From sequence record OR352946.1: a DNA stretch of 64,000 nucleotides; one strand, 5' to 3'. This document shows positions 32,783-43,675 of this stretch, in pieces (within the stretch, counting starts at the first letter, position 1; each line of letters begins with the position of its first letter). The stretch comes from Escherichia phage AV116. The notes beneath the pieces were generated by a model. The model was not told the origin of the DNA. It worked only from the letters and a program-made list of their open reading frames with translations, and ran no database searches. The position numbers were made by a program, and so were the translations under genes.

Positions 32783-32807
32783 AAAGGAGGCCGAAGCCTC
32801 CTTTTTT
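32783..32807. terminator. stem-loop GGAGGC-CGAA-GCCTCC flanked by A3/T6
   Basis: between two minus-strand ORFs; on the minus strand it is followed by UUU and an SD, so attenuator or stability element. Confidence 0.45.
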
Positions 32808-32811
32808 AAGA

Positions 32812-33177
32812 TTAGATATCGAATTCGTTAAGAACTACATCAAAGATTGCTTCGAGATGTTCAGGTTTAGCTCGGTTACTCAGGATATGACGAATCCAAG
32901 TTTTAACCAGAAGTTTACGATTAACACCGTTCCAGCAAGGATGAGTACCTAAATCACGTTGACGGAAATCATCATCTAATGCAATTTTGAAGTTGGAACC
33001 TTCCATCATGATTGAAACAGTAATGCCATTTTCAAATCGCATATAAACGTAATTAGGAGTCATATACTGCTCAATTTCACATACTGAACCATTTTTATGC
33101 TTCCACAAGCAAACCATGTCGATAGAACCAGCGATACCGTTAGAAACATATTTACGTTCGAAGTTGATGTAGTTCAT
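32812..33177 (-). CDS. hypothetical protein (121 aa)
   Basis: first ORF after an early promoter; SD GGAGA. Confidence 0.55.
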   Translation of the reverse strand: MNYINFERKYVSNGIAGSIDMVCLWKHKNGSVCEIEQYMTPNYVYMRFENGITVSIMMEGSNFKIALDDDFRQRDLGTHPCWNGVNRKLLVKTWIRHILSNRAKPEHLEAIFDVVLNEFDI

Positions 33178-33218
33178 TTTATTCTCCGGATGTTTAAGTT
33201 GTTTGTTGGTACAAGTCT

Positions 33219-33247
33219 ATAGTAACACATCCTACAGGAGAGTAAAC
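33219..33247 (-). promoter_or_regulatory. early promoter GTTTAC-N17-TACTAT
   Basis: minus-strand -35 GTTTAC (33247-33242), 17-nt spacer, -10 TACTAT (33224-33219). Confidence 0.6.
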
Positions 33248-33269
33248 ATCTTTTTAAACTTTTTCTGCC

Positions 33270-33301
33270 CTAAACGCACAAAAGGGAGACCGAAGTCTCC
33301 C
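33270..33301 (-). terminator. intrinsic terminator
   Basis: minus-strand GGGAGAC-TTCG-GTCTCCC then TTTTGTGCGTTT, directly after the 59-aa ORF stop. Confidence 0.7.
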
Positions 33302-33306
33302 TAAAA

Positions 33307-33486
33307 TTATGCAACAACCTTTCCAAAACGAGAAGCATCATCTCGAAGAACTGCACGTGCTCTGCGCATGATCTTCTCAACTGTTTGATTAATACGAGAG
33401 TTCGACCCACGCTTGTATCCAGCGCGTTTAGAGGTACCATCAACTTTCTTTTCAACTGCTTTCTTTGCTTTAGCTTGTTTTGCCAT
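33307..33486 (-). CDS. small highly basic protein (59 aa)
   Basis: from ATG MAKQAKAKKAVEKK...; the track N-terminal extension is probably untranslated leader. Confidence 0.5.
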   Translation of the reverse strand: MAKQAKAKKAVEKKVDGTSKRAGYKRGSNSRINQTVEKIMRRARAVLRDDASRFGKVVA

Positions 33487-33650
33487 TATAAATTTCTCTT
33501 TAAATGAAAATGCAGGACTTATTGACATTGCCTGCGCAAGCCCTCGAAGGGAACATAGGTTTTGGATATTTAACGACAGGATAACCATAAACCCGTCATC
33601 ATACCTACCATGACTTACACAGCTAACCTTTTGCTGACGCATGATAGCAA

Positions 33651-33899
33651 TTATTTCAAAGTAATAACAAAATGACGTACTGCTTTACGAGCTGCAGAAG
33701 CCAAAGGCTTAGCATATTTCAGTTCATCTTTTGCTTCCAGTTCAGAAGCCAAAGCTGCCTGGACCGGGTTCAGATGTTTGAAATAACGAAGGATTTCAAG
33801 AGCTTCGGCTTCAACATCAATAGATGCGCCATAGTTTTCATGACCATTATTCCATGCGTTTCGTTGCAGTTCAAGAGCGTGTTGTAATTGTTTAATCAT
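33651..33899 (-). CDS. rIII: rIII lysis-inhibition accessory protein (by size and position)
   Basis: 82 aa ORF adjacent to gene 31, matching T4 rIII length and neighbourhood as I recall it. Confidence 0.65.
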   Translation of the reverse strand: MIKQLQHALELQRNAWNNGHENYGASIDVEAEALEILRYFKHLNPVQAALASELEAKDELKYAKPLASAARKAVRHFVITLK

Positions 33900-34015
33900 T
33901 TTAAATTCTCAATTCGAGATAATATTTAGTAGCCACGTTCGTCTGAATTTCACCTTCTTTCGACAAGTCTCTCAGTTGTAGGCTACCGCTTAGAAGAGTG
34001 TTCTCTTCATATAGT

Positions 34016-34023
34016 TATTTATA
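34016..34023 (-). promoter_or_regulatory. candidate late promoter TATAAATA (minus strand)
   Basis: plus-strand TATTTATA just downstream of the gene 31 stop, upstream of the 82-aa ORF. Confidence 0.4.
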
Positions 34024-34356
34024 TCACTTATAAAGACACGGAATAGCTTTATAGTGGCATGTTACGAATTTCTGTTTAATTTCTTTAGGTTGTTTAAGTC
34101 CTAAAGCCACAAATGGATGTGGAACATTTCGAATTTGTCCAACTGGTAGTGGAGTCAAATCACCGACTTCAACAAAACCTTCAGGAACATCAGGACCTAC
34201 AGAATGAACTACACATAGTTCAGGAACTTCACCTTGAACACGTTTACCAATCACAAGTCCTGATTCGGTAACTTCTTCATCACCTGCTTGAGCGGGTTCA
34301 GAAACCAGAATGACATATTCACCAACAGCACGAATTGGGAGTTGTACTTCAGACAT
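34024..34356 (-). CDS. 31: co-chaperonin gp31 (GroES-like)
   Basis: 110 aa [28 protein letters not shown]..., near-identical to my recollection of T4 gp31. Confidence 0.95.
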   Translation of the reverse strand: MSEVQLPIRAVGEYVILVSEPAQAGDEEVTESGLVIGKRVQGEVPELCVVHSVGPDVPEGFVEVGDLTPLPVGQIRNVPHPFVALGLKQPKEIKQKFVTCHYKAIPCLYK

Positions 34357-34413
34357 CTTATTTCCTTGTTGTTTGACGATAGATTAATAATACCATACTA
34401 TTCGTAAAGCATA

Positions 34414-34722
34414 TTACATAAGAAGCAAACGTTCTACCGGAGTACCATCAACCGAAATTACTTTATCAAGGCGGAAAGAACGCCACTGACCTAACTTGGT
34501 ATCGAATGCTCGAACTGATTCACGAGGTTCAGAACGAACTTCTGTTGCTGGATTTCTATTTTCATATTTGACTTCAAGTTCATCACGGGAGGCAAACATC
34601 GTACGAACATCACCATTAGCCTTTTCAAATACAACACAATGAACACCTACAGACAGAATAGTTTTAATACGTTCACGAAGAACCATAGTTTCTTGTTCAG
34701 TTAAAATCATATTATTCACCAC
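34414..34722 (-). CDS. hypothetical protein (102 aa; alternative ATG at 34710)
   Basis: ORF between gene 31 and cd; the track start overlaps the cd stop by 11 nt, whereas Met5 starts 1 nt after it. Confidence 0.5.
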   Translation of the reverse strand: MVNNMILTEQETMVLRERIKTILSVGVHCVVFEKANGDVRTMFASRDELEVKYENRNPATEVRSEPRESVRAFDTKLGQWRSFRLDKVISVDGTPVERLLLM

Positions 34723-35293
34723 AAAAGTTTCGAATTTGTTCCCAATTCAGAGAACGAAGATTATTACGAGAGTACTGAATTACTTCAATACCAGCTTGTT
34801 TTAGAATGTCTGCCCAATTTTCAGGAGACCGGTCATATAATTCTGCATATACAACCTTTTTAATGCCTGACTGTGTGATAGCTTTAGTGCAATCAGGACA
34901 TGGAGAAAGTGTCGTATATAACGTAGCACCTTCAATAGAATTACCTTTACGAGCTGCAAACAAAATTGCATTCAATTCCGCATGGATTTCGTTATTAGCA
35001 GACCATGCACTATGAGCAGCCCGATGTTCTTTAGCCAAAACAAAATTATCTGCCCGTCCAAATGCTGTAGTGCCTTCTTTATGTCCAGCAACGATGACCT
35101 GGCTTGGTTTATTCTTCAACCAGCCGTTTTCGGATGCATGTTCGCAACAGTTTGTACCACCTGAAGGAGAGCCATTATAACCTGTAGAAATAATGCGTCC
35201 ATCTTTTTCAATGACGGCACCAACTTTCCATGAACAACATTTTGATTCTTGAGAAATCAAATAAGCAATTTGAAGATATGTGCTAGCTTTCAT
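34712..35293 (-). CDS. cd: dCMP deaminase
   Basis: 193 aa; zinc-binding deaminase motifs HAELNAI and PCPDC; T4 Cd size. Confidence 0.9.
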   Translation of the reverse strand: MKASTYLQIAYLISQESKCCSWKVGAVIEKDGRIISTGYNGSPSGGTNCCEHASENGWLKNKPSQVIVAGHKEGTTAFGRADNFVLAKEHRAAHSAWSANNEIHAELNAILFAARKGNSIEGATLYTTLSPCPDCTKAITQSGIKKVVYAELYDRSPENWADILKQAGIEVIQYSRNNLRSLNWEQIRNFCGE

Positions 35294-36285
35294 TATTGAA
35301 CCTTATTAATATAAGTTAACAGCTCTTTAGTTTGTTCCCAACTGATGCACGCATCGGTAACGGAAACGCCATAGGACATATTATCAGAAATTTTTTGATT
35401 TCCTTCATGTAGGAATGATTCTATCATAATTCCTTTGACCAAATCATTAGCTGCTAAATTTTTACCAATATCAATTTGATTGCTATAATGCCCAGCAGCG
35501 TTTGCATGGCTACAGTCAACCATTACATAATGATTCAGACCTACTGCCCTTGCTTTGTTAGAAGCTTCTTGAATATCAGAAGAATGATAGTTCGGGCCGT
35601 TAGTCCCGCCACGCAATACGATATGCGTATTCTGATTACCTTCAGCTTCAACAATGCCTACAGTACCATCGACGTCCATACCCATATACCGATGAGGCCG
35701 CGCGGCACTATACATCGCGTCTGTAGCTACTTTAATAGAACCATTGGTTGCGTTCTTGAAGCCTACGCACATCGGTAGACCTGAAGCAATTTCACGATGT
35801 GTCTGACTTTCAGTCGTACGGGCGCCAATAGCAACCCATGAGAAAATACCAGAAAGATACTTAATCGTGAATGGGTCTAATACTTCAGTTGCTAATGGAA
35901 GTCCCATACGTAGAAGTTTACGACACAATGTTCGTGCAACTATAAGACCGTGGTTCATATCAAAACTTCCGTCAAGATATGGATCATTTACAAGACCTTT
36001 CCAACCTACGGTAGTTCGAGGCTTTTCAAAATAAACGCGCATCACTAACAGAACATTAGGAAGACGAGTTTGAAGTTCAGCCAGACGTTTGCCGTATTCA
36101 ACAGCAGCAATAGGGTCATGAATTGAACAAGGACCTACAACAATAAGTTTGCGTGGGTCTTCACCGTTCATAATCGAATTAACTTGTTCGCGATGAGAAG
36201 CCACTTGTGATGCGTAAGCTTCCGACAAAGGAATAATCTCAGCCAGTTCTTTTGGAGAAATAAGTTTTCTGACGACAGGTAACAT
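35293..36285 (-). CDS. 3-deoxy-D-arabino-heptulosonate-7-phosphate (DAHP) synthase, class I (AroG/AroF-like)
   Basis: 330 aa; matches recalled E. coli AroG blocks GPCSIHD, KPRTTVGWKGL, GARTTESQ, SHANA, EGNQ, VTDACI(S/G)W; ATG with AAGGA SD; stop overlaps the cd start (TAATG). Confidence 0.85.
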   Translation of the reverse strand: MLPVVRKLISPKELAEIIPLSEAYASQVASHREQVNSIMNGEDPRKLIVVGPCSIHDPIAAVEYGKRLAELQTRLPNVLLVMRVYFEKPRTTVGWKGLVNDPYLDGSFDMNHGLIVARTLCRKLLRMGLPLATEVLDPFTIKYLSGIFSWVAIGARTTESQTHREIASGLPMCVGFKNATNGSIKVATDAMYSAARPHRYMGMDVDGTVGIVEAEGNQNTHIVLRGGTNGPNYHSSDIQEASNKARAVGLNHYVMVDCSHANAAGHYSNQIDIGKNLAANDLVKGIMIESFLHEGNQKISDNMSYGVSVTDACISWEQTKELLTYINKVQ

Positions 36286-36405
36286 AACAATCCTTAGGAG
36301 ATATAAACAGATTCTGATTCAACAATACCTTTAACCGGATTAGACAGGCTAAGTTGGTAGTGCTCAGATTTATGACCATTCTCGATAGTAATGAGATAGC
36401 TCTCA

Positions 36406-36642
36406 TTATAGTGTTCCATATACTCGAGTTGCTTCAACAAGACCATCACTGCCTAATTTAAGATTAGTAATTTGGTCACCATCTTTAGGATTAACGATTA
36501 TGAGAAAAGAACGTGGAGATTCTTGAATAACTCGTAATGTTGCATCCTGGAAACGTTCAGACACTTTATTGATGAGTGCTTGAGCAAATTCTTTTACTTT
36601 AATCTGAAATTCGTGTACTGTAATTGGATTTTCACTTAGCAT
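36406..36642 (-). CDS. hypothetical protein (78 aa)
   Basis: ATG with GAGG SD, downstream of a promoter-like element. Confidence 0.5.
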   Translation of the reverse strand: MLSENPITVHEFQIKVKEFAQALINKVSERFQDATLRVIQESPRSFLIIVNPKDGDQITNLKLGSDGLVEATRVYGTL

Positions 36643-36667
36643 TTCGATTTCCTCATTTTGGTAGAGT

Positions 36668-36698
36668 CATCATAACACAACTCTACAGTGTTGTAAAC
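36668..36698 (-). promoter_or_regulatory. candidate early promoter (GTTTAC -35, weak -10)
   Basis: minus-strand GTTTAC with TATGAT/TTATGA about 17-19 nt downstream. Confidence 0.4.
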
Positions 36699-36974
36699 TT
36701 AAATTGCAAAACATTTAATTTCTTGTGAATCGAAATCAACTTCACACTGAATTACTAGATCAGCATCAAGTCCAAACACAACAATCACATGAGCCGAGCT
36801 GGGCAACAACGTAACAGACACAGAATCCACTTGGTCAGGCACTAGTGTATTCAAAACGTAGAGTAGTTCAGAGTGGACCTTAAGCTCAGTAGCCGTATCC
36901 AGCTTATCAAAGAAATGATTTGCGATAATCTGACTAAAAACTACCTTTACAATTTCAGAATATTTAGGGAACAT
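36699..36974 (-). CDS. hypothetical protein (91 aa)
   Basis: ORF in cd-pseT small-gene block. Confidence 0.5.
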   Translation of the reverse strand: MFPKYSEIVKVVFSQIIANHFFDKLDTATELKVHSELLYVLNTLVPDQVDSVSVTLLPSSAHVIVVFGLDADLVIQCEVDFDSQEIKCFAI

Positions 36975-36981
36975 AATTACC

Positions 36982-37206
36982 TCAGTGCACAGTATTTACT
37001 TTAACTCGAACAACAAATCGCTCGGTCGGTTCACCTACAGGAACAAACTCTACATGATATTCGCCTTTGTATCGAGTATTCAGGTCATTACGAATTCCCG
37101 CGAGTTTGTTGATTAATGTAGGACTCATATTAAGTCCAACTAGTTTACGAAGCATTTTGTATGCTTCATCTTCGATTTCATGATGTTTATCGTACATAGT
37201 TTTCAT
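36982..37206 (-). CDS. hypothetical protein (74 aa)
   Basis: ORF in cd-pseT small-gene block. Confidence 0.5.
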   Translation of the reverse strand: MKTMYDKHHEIEDEAYKMLRKLVGLNMSPTLINKLAGIRNDLNTRYKGEYHVEFVPVGEPTERFVVRVKVNTVH

Positions 37207-37377
37207 TTAACCATTCAATTGCCTGGTCGACATTATCAAATATACCACCGTCCAAACGTTCTTCACGCTCATAGTCCATCACATCAATACCGAACTGTCC
37301 ATTTACTAAAGGCCAGGCTACAAACAAATATTCTTTATGATGTTCGATGGCCTCAATCACTTCATATAATCGTTTCA

Positions 37378-37378
<1 letters not shown>
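37187..37378 (-). CDS. hypothetical protein (63 aa)
   Basis: ORF directly downstream of pseT. Confidence 0.45.
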
Positions 37379-38464
<1,086 letters not shown>

Positions 38465-38465
<1 letters not shown>

Positions 38466-38764
38466 TATTTTATTCCTAAGAAAGTTTCAAGAATACGAAT
38501 GTTATGCTCGCGCCGGTCTTTATTAATTTCAGCAACGTTTTTATTGATTGACGTACTTCTAACGTTTGAAGAAATAAATTTAATCATATGACTTTTGAGT
38601 TGTTGCAAATCCAACCCTTTTTCTTTAGCAGCTTTACGAAGAGCTTTACCTGCTTCATCTAGTGCCTTTGCTGCATCTTTGTCATAATCGACAAGTGACA
38701 TTCCACGGCAGATATCAATATACTCATCAGACCGTTTGATGTAATTCTCTAGTATTGTTTTCAT
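38465..38764 (-). CDS. hypothetical protein (99 aa)
   Basis: ORF in pseT-alc block. Confidence 0.5.
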
Positions 38765-38821
38765 TTAGATTTCCTCAATTATCCATAGGAGCATTATACT
38801 CTGCTCCCGAGAGTTTGTAAA

Positions 38822-39046
38822 CTATTTTACTAAAGATTCAATATACTCATGAAGAGCTTTAGTCGCTACTGCCCACTTATTCTGATATTCATTTTTCAGA
38901 TTAGCACGAGACTGAACTAACAAGCGGTCATTAGTCGGAGGCAAAGATTCTAATCGTTGAATCTGGCGTCCATAAATCATAGCCGCCATTTCAGATTCAT
39001 AGATAAGCCCTTTAATGTATTCATGCTGTTCTTTAGTCATTGGCAT
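38822..39046 (-). CDS. hypothetical protein (74 aa)
   Basis: ORF in pseT-alc block. Confidence 0.5.
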   Translation of the reverse strand: MPMTKEQHEYIKGLIYESEMAAMIYGRQIQRLESLPPTNDRLLVQSRANLKNEYQNKWAVATKALHEYIESLVK

Positions 39047-39327
39047 TTTTCCTCTTTTAAACCACTACGATAATAACATAACATAGTCTTCTGGTCATGT
39101 ATATATCTTTTTACGTCGTTTAACCAGATACGAAATTCTTGAGAGTCTTCAAATGGCATTCCAACCCACGGATTACCATCAATAACCTTTACTTGCCATT
39201 TCTGGTTGTATTCGGAAATAGGCGTAGGCCATGAAGGATGTAAAGTTTCTTTAGGGCTTACTGGCACATCCTGAGTACATCCAACTAGGAGACCAATAGA
39301 TAATACAGCCACAGTTAATTTAATCAT
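39037..39327 (-). CDS. predicted lipoprotein (96 aa)
   Basis: N-terminal signal peptide with lipobox LVGC (MIKLTVAVLSIGLLVGCTQD). Confidence 0.55.
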   Translation of the reverse strand: MIKLTVAVLSIGLLVGCTQDVPVSPKETLHPSWPTPISEYNQKWQVKVIDGNPWVGMPFEDSQEFRIWLNDVKRYIHDQKTMLCYYRSGLKEEKCQ

Positions 39328-39680
39328 TCTGAGAGCTTCCTGAGGTCTTCTGCAAAGGAATCGAAGGACCTGTTGATTTGTTTTTCGACCAATCCTGGCT
39401 TACTTGCCACCACGTTCTTCTTCTTCGAATCCTTACGGAGCTTTTCATTTTCGGCCTTAAGTTGGTCAACTAAAACACGGTTCTTATAAGTCATTTCTTC
39501 GATTGACTGATATTGAACCTTGAAGTCGTCTAATACTTTAGCATTGTTTTTAGCAGCCTCTTTGACAGAAGCTAATTCAGTATTCAACGAATCAACTTTG
39601 TTGTTTAAGACAACTATTGTTACAGTAGAAACTAGAGCAAAAGCGGCTACTATAGCGTAAATCGGATTTACTTTAAGCAT
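39324..39680 (-). CDS. predicted membrane-anchored coiled-coil protein (118 aa)
   Basis: N-terminal hydrophobic helix PIYAIVAAFALVSTVTIVVL followed by a charged helical region. Confidence 0.55.
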   Translation of the reverse strand: MLKVNPIYAIVAAFALVSTVTIVVLNNKVDSLNTELASVKEAAKNNAKVLDDFKVQYQSIEEMTYKNRVLVDQLKAENEKLRKDSKKKNVVASKPGLVEKQINRSFDSFAEDLRKLSE

Positions 39681-40168
39681 GTTTTAATAATCTCAATGAT
39701 TTCATCTCGGGACAATCCATTGATAAGAACGGTTTTCAAACCATCGCACTGGATTTTGTATGATTCAAACAATACACACAACTCTTCTGCTGTATGATAC
39801 GGACTTGAAATTCCGAGGCGGTTGAATTTGTCGGTAAGAGGGTCGCAAATAATGTAGAATTTTATACCTGCGATATGTACGTTTGGTTGACTAATATTAA
39901 TGAACACATTAGCGTCGTATTTAGTCAAATTGTTTTGAAGAAATTCTACCATGGCATTAACTGCTTCCGGCATCGCTTCGCGTTTCTCTTCAGCGTATCG
40001 GGTGGAATACTCTTTTTGTTTTACTTTCTTTTTAAGATTTTTGGCCAGTGTAACACGTAGGTCGGTAAGATATCCAACTGGACGTCCTTTCTTAAAGACC
40101 CGGATTCCGTCTGTAGAATCACCAAATGCTGCTACAACCATATCGTTAGTAATCAATTGCATATTCAT
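39668..40168 (-). CDS. alc: Alc-like protein (by position and size)
   Basis: 166 aa ORF immediately upstream of rnlA in map order, as T4 alc (about 167 aa); strong SD GAGGAG. Confidence 0.55.
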   Translation of the reverse strand: MNMQLITNDMVVAAFGDSTDGIRVFKKGRPVGYLTDLRVTLAKNLKKKVKQKEYSTRYAEEKREAMPEAVNAMVEFLQNNLTKYDANVFINISQPNVHIAGIKFYIICDPLTDKFNRLGISSPYHTAEELCVLFESYKIQCDGLKTVLINGLSRDEIIEIIKTCLK

Positions 40169-40198
40169 AATTTTCTCCTCGTGTTATTGATAAAAGCC

Positions 40199-40228
40199 AT
40201 AGTAACACCATCCTTGGTGTTTGTAAAC
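40199..40228 (-). promoter_or_regulatory. early promoter GTTTAC-N18-TACTAT
   Basis: between the rnlA stop and the alc start. Confidence 0.55.
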
Positions 40229-40230
40229 CA

Positions 40231-41364
<1,134 letters not shown>

Positions 41365-41383
41365 TCAGTTAGTTTTTTTTTAA

Positions 41384-41413
41384 ATTGTACCACAATCCTT
41401 GTGGTATGTAAAC
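41384..41413 (-). promoter_or_regulatory. early promoter GTTTAC-N18-TACAAT
   Basis: minus-strand -35/-10 pair overlapping the denA 3' end, upstream of rnlA. Confidence 0.55.
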
Positions 41414-41823
41414 TACTTTTTCTTATGTTGGATATTCCAAGGCGGGTTGAACTTTTTGATAAAAAGTGGTTCTTCAAGGTCCATTGTTGCGATGGTCATT
41501 GAACCAAGTTCGTTGGTGACTGAAAGGTCAAAACATTGGCGGGCCCAGAATTCAACCTTTTTGCCTTGCATTAAGGCATCCAAAATCATAAGTGATTTTC
41601 TTGAATCTGAAGTCTGGTCTTTTCGATTTATGGCTGTTCGATAATAGTTAATGCGTTTCTTTAAATTCTTGGTTTTACCAATATACACAAGTTCGTCATC
41701 TATAGCAATAGCATATATAACATTTTTCTTATTAGGGGCATCAATGGTTTTAATTGTTGCATCTTCTAATAGCTCCAATTCTATATATTTAATAAAGGAA
41801 TATTCGGCGGCAATATCTTTCAT
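41413..41823 (-). CDS. denA: endonuclease II (DenA)
   Basis: 136 aa, GIY-YIG-like core (YAIAIDDELVYIGKT); T4 denA size and position. Confidence 0.85.
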   Translation of the reverse strand: MKDIAAEYSFIKYIELELLEDATIKTIDAPNKKNVIYAIAIDDELVYIGKTKNLKKRINYYRTAINRKDQTSDSRKSLMILDALMQGKKVEFWARQCFDLSVTNELGSMTIATMDLEEPLFIKKFNPPWNIQHKKK

Positions 41824-41831
41824 AATAAAGT

Positions 41832-41845
41832 GGGACCGAAGTCCC
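41832..41845 (-). other. stem-loop GGGAC-UUCG-GUCCC between nrdB and denA
   Basis: tetraloop hairpin in the 26-nt gap; weak U-tract, so likely a partial terminator or RNA stability element. Confidence 0.5.
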
Positions 41846-41849
41846 GTCC

Positions 41850-42352
41850 TTAGAAATATTTTTTGTATGAATTGATTACATTTTGGTCTACATCATTATC
41901 AATTTGTGCGACAAGATAAGAACTGATTTCAACTTCCTGAGGAGCTGCTTGAACTAAATCAGAGTTCAGATATTCACGAATCCAAGGATAAGGATGTTTG
42001 GTCGGAGCATCAGTAATTGGACACGGCAAACCACACTGTTTCATACGAGACACAGTCAAGTAATCAACAAAAGCACACATACTCTGTGTATTGATACCTG
42101 GACATGTACCGTCTTTAAAGAGGTGTGCAGCCCATTCCTTCTCTTGACTATTTACTTCCATAAAAATGTCAACTGCTTCTTGTTCACATTCTTTAGCAAT
42201 TTGAACCCACTCATCACCATCAGTACCGGATTGAAGTTGACGGATAATGTACTGAGTACCCTTGAGATGGAGTTGTTCGTCACGAGCAATGAACTTCATA
42301 ATCTTTGCATTGCCTTCCATAATTTCCATATTCTTATGGAAATTAAATGTAC
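41850..42352 (-). CDS. nrdB: ribonucleotide reductase small subunit NrdB, exon 2
   Basis: exon begins GT-ACA-TTT (completing codon TGT Cys with the last T of exon 1) giving ...YVSFA-C-TFNFHKNMEIMEGNAK, like the recalled E. coli ...[21 protein letters not shown]; boundary inferred. Confidence 0.75.
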
Positions 42353-42944
42353 CGTTATGTTCGATTGAGCTCGCTAATTCTCAACCCGTTCTCTTATGAA
42401 CTGCTGCATATTACTATGCAGACCAGACTATATCACAATCCCGGAGGGATTCTCCCCATTTCGAGTCGCTTGACCCTACGTCCGAAGACTAGTCGTTGAA
42501 CCTTGCTTTGCAATTGTCGCCGTGCCATCGTTTATATGTCGATGGTGATAAATCTTTCTTTTCACAATATGGACAATTCAATTGAATTCTATTTGGATTT
42601 AATTTGCATCTGTCATTATGTTTTAGATAAAACCCAGGACCTTTACCAATGTGACCGCAGAAATCACATGTGATTTCTTTTTGTGCAGGATGGGTTCCGT
42701 TCTTAACCATTTCTAATGTTTTTGCTGATGTTCTTCCATCAGAATCTTTAGGTATAGGCCCGTTAGCATCCATCCAAATTTTTCTATAATTCAATTGTGC
42801 ATCCTCTTAAAAGTATAATCATATTTATTTTATAATATACTAATTAAAGGTGCAAGCAAAACCTTGGCTGCTAGTTTTCCTATAAAGGACTTTCCAGCAA
42901 TTAAAGGAGTTTTCGATAAACGTTACCGTTTAAAGGCGCATTTT
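42353..42944 (-). mobile_element. group I intron in nrdB (about 592 nt)
   Basis: interrupts the NrdB frame; 3' core shares GACUAUAUC and GGGUCAAG-GACUCGAAA-type elements with the td intron; ends ...AACAUAACG; carries a short ORF. Confidence 0.75.
42489..42794 (-). CDS. intron-encoded zinc-finger ORF, probable truncated homing endonuclease (I-TevIII-like)
   Basis: 101 aa with CxxC...CxxC pairs (CDFCGH, CPYCEKK); too short for an intact HNH endonuclease. Confidence 0.45.
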   Translation of the reverse strand: MNYRKIWMDANGPIPKDSDGRTSAKTLEMVKNGTHPAQKEITCDFCGHIGKGPGFYLKHNDRCKLNPNRIQLNCPYCEKKDLSPSTYKRWHGDNCKARFND

Positions 42945-43620
42945 ACGCAAAAGATACATAAAAACGAATAGCTTCCAATGCATTGATGACATGCAAACAA
43001 AGATAAAGAGATTTCATTAGGTCTCGTTTAGCTTCGGTCTCTTGTTTAATAGCTCGGTTTAAACGAAGGTCGGCATCAGGAGATTCTTTAGCTTGTTCTA
43101 CAAATTCTTTAGCATTTTCCCAATTACGAGTCTTGACTAGAACATCATCATAATATTTACCTATTGATTCAGCTCGTTTCATGATTGCTTCGTCTAATAC
43201 AATCTCATCAAATACTTTGGATGGATCGGTATAAAGATTTCGCATAATATGAGTATACGAACGAGAGTGAATAGTTTCACTGAATGTCCATGTTGCAACC
43301 CACGTATCTAATGAAGGGTCGGAAAGCAGTGCCATAAGTACCGCAGATGGGGCCCTGCCTTGGATAGAATCTAATAATGATTGATACTTAAGGTTGTTTG
43401 TAAAGATGTCCTGTTGGAACTGAGGAAGCTTATTGAACTGGGCCGAATCCAGCATCAGGTTTACTTCTTCTGGTCGCCAGAAAAACGACAATTGCTTTTC
43501 AATAAGTTCTTCAAAAACTTTATGTCGCTGAATATCATAACGTGCGAGGCCAAGACCAGAACCAAAGAACATTGGTTCATTCAAAACATCGACTTGTTGT
43601 GTGTTAAAAACTGTACTCAT
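42945..43620 (-). CDS. nrdB: ribonucleotide reductase small subunit NrdB, exon 1
   Basis: 225 codons plus 1 nt; frame runs into a stop 1 codon after ...IRFYVSFA at the intron junction. Confidence 0.8.
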
Positions 43621-43675
43621 TATATTTTCTCACTTAGTTATTAACTCATCCATGAGTAAATTATAATCAAAAGTC

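Noticed and set aside
33487-33650. Possible small RNA or tRNA in the 160-nt gap upstream of the basic protein gene
   Set aside because: No cloverleaf or recognisable tRNA features by eye; more simply a 5' leader; left as a note in the findings
41994-42368. Plus-strand 124-aa ORF spanning the nrdB exon 2 / intron boundary
   Set aside because: Antisense to nrdB and to the intron core; no translation signals
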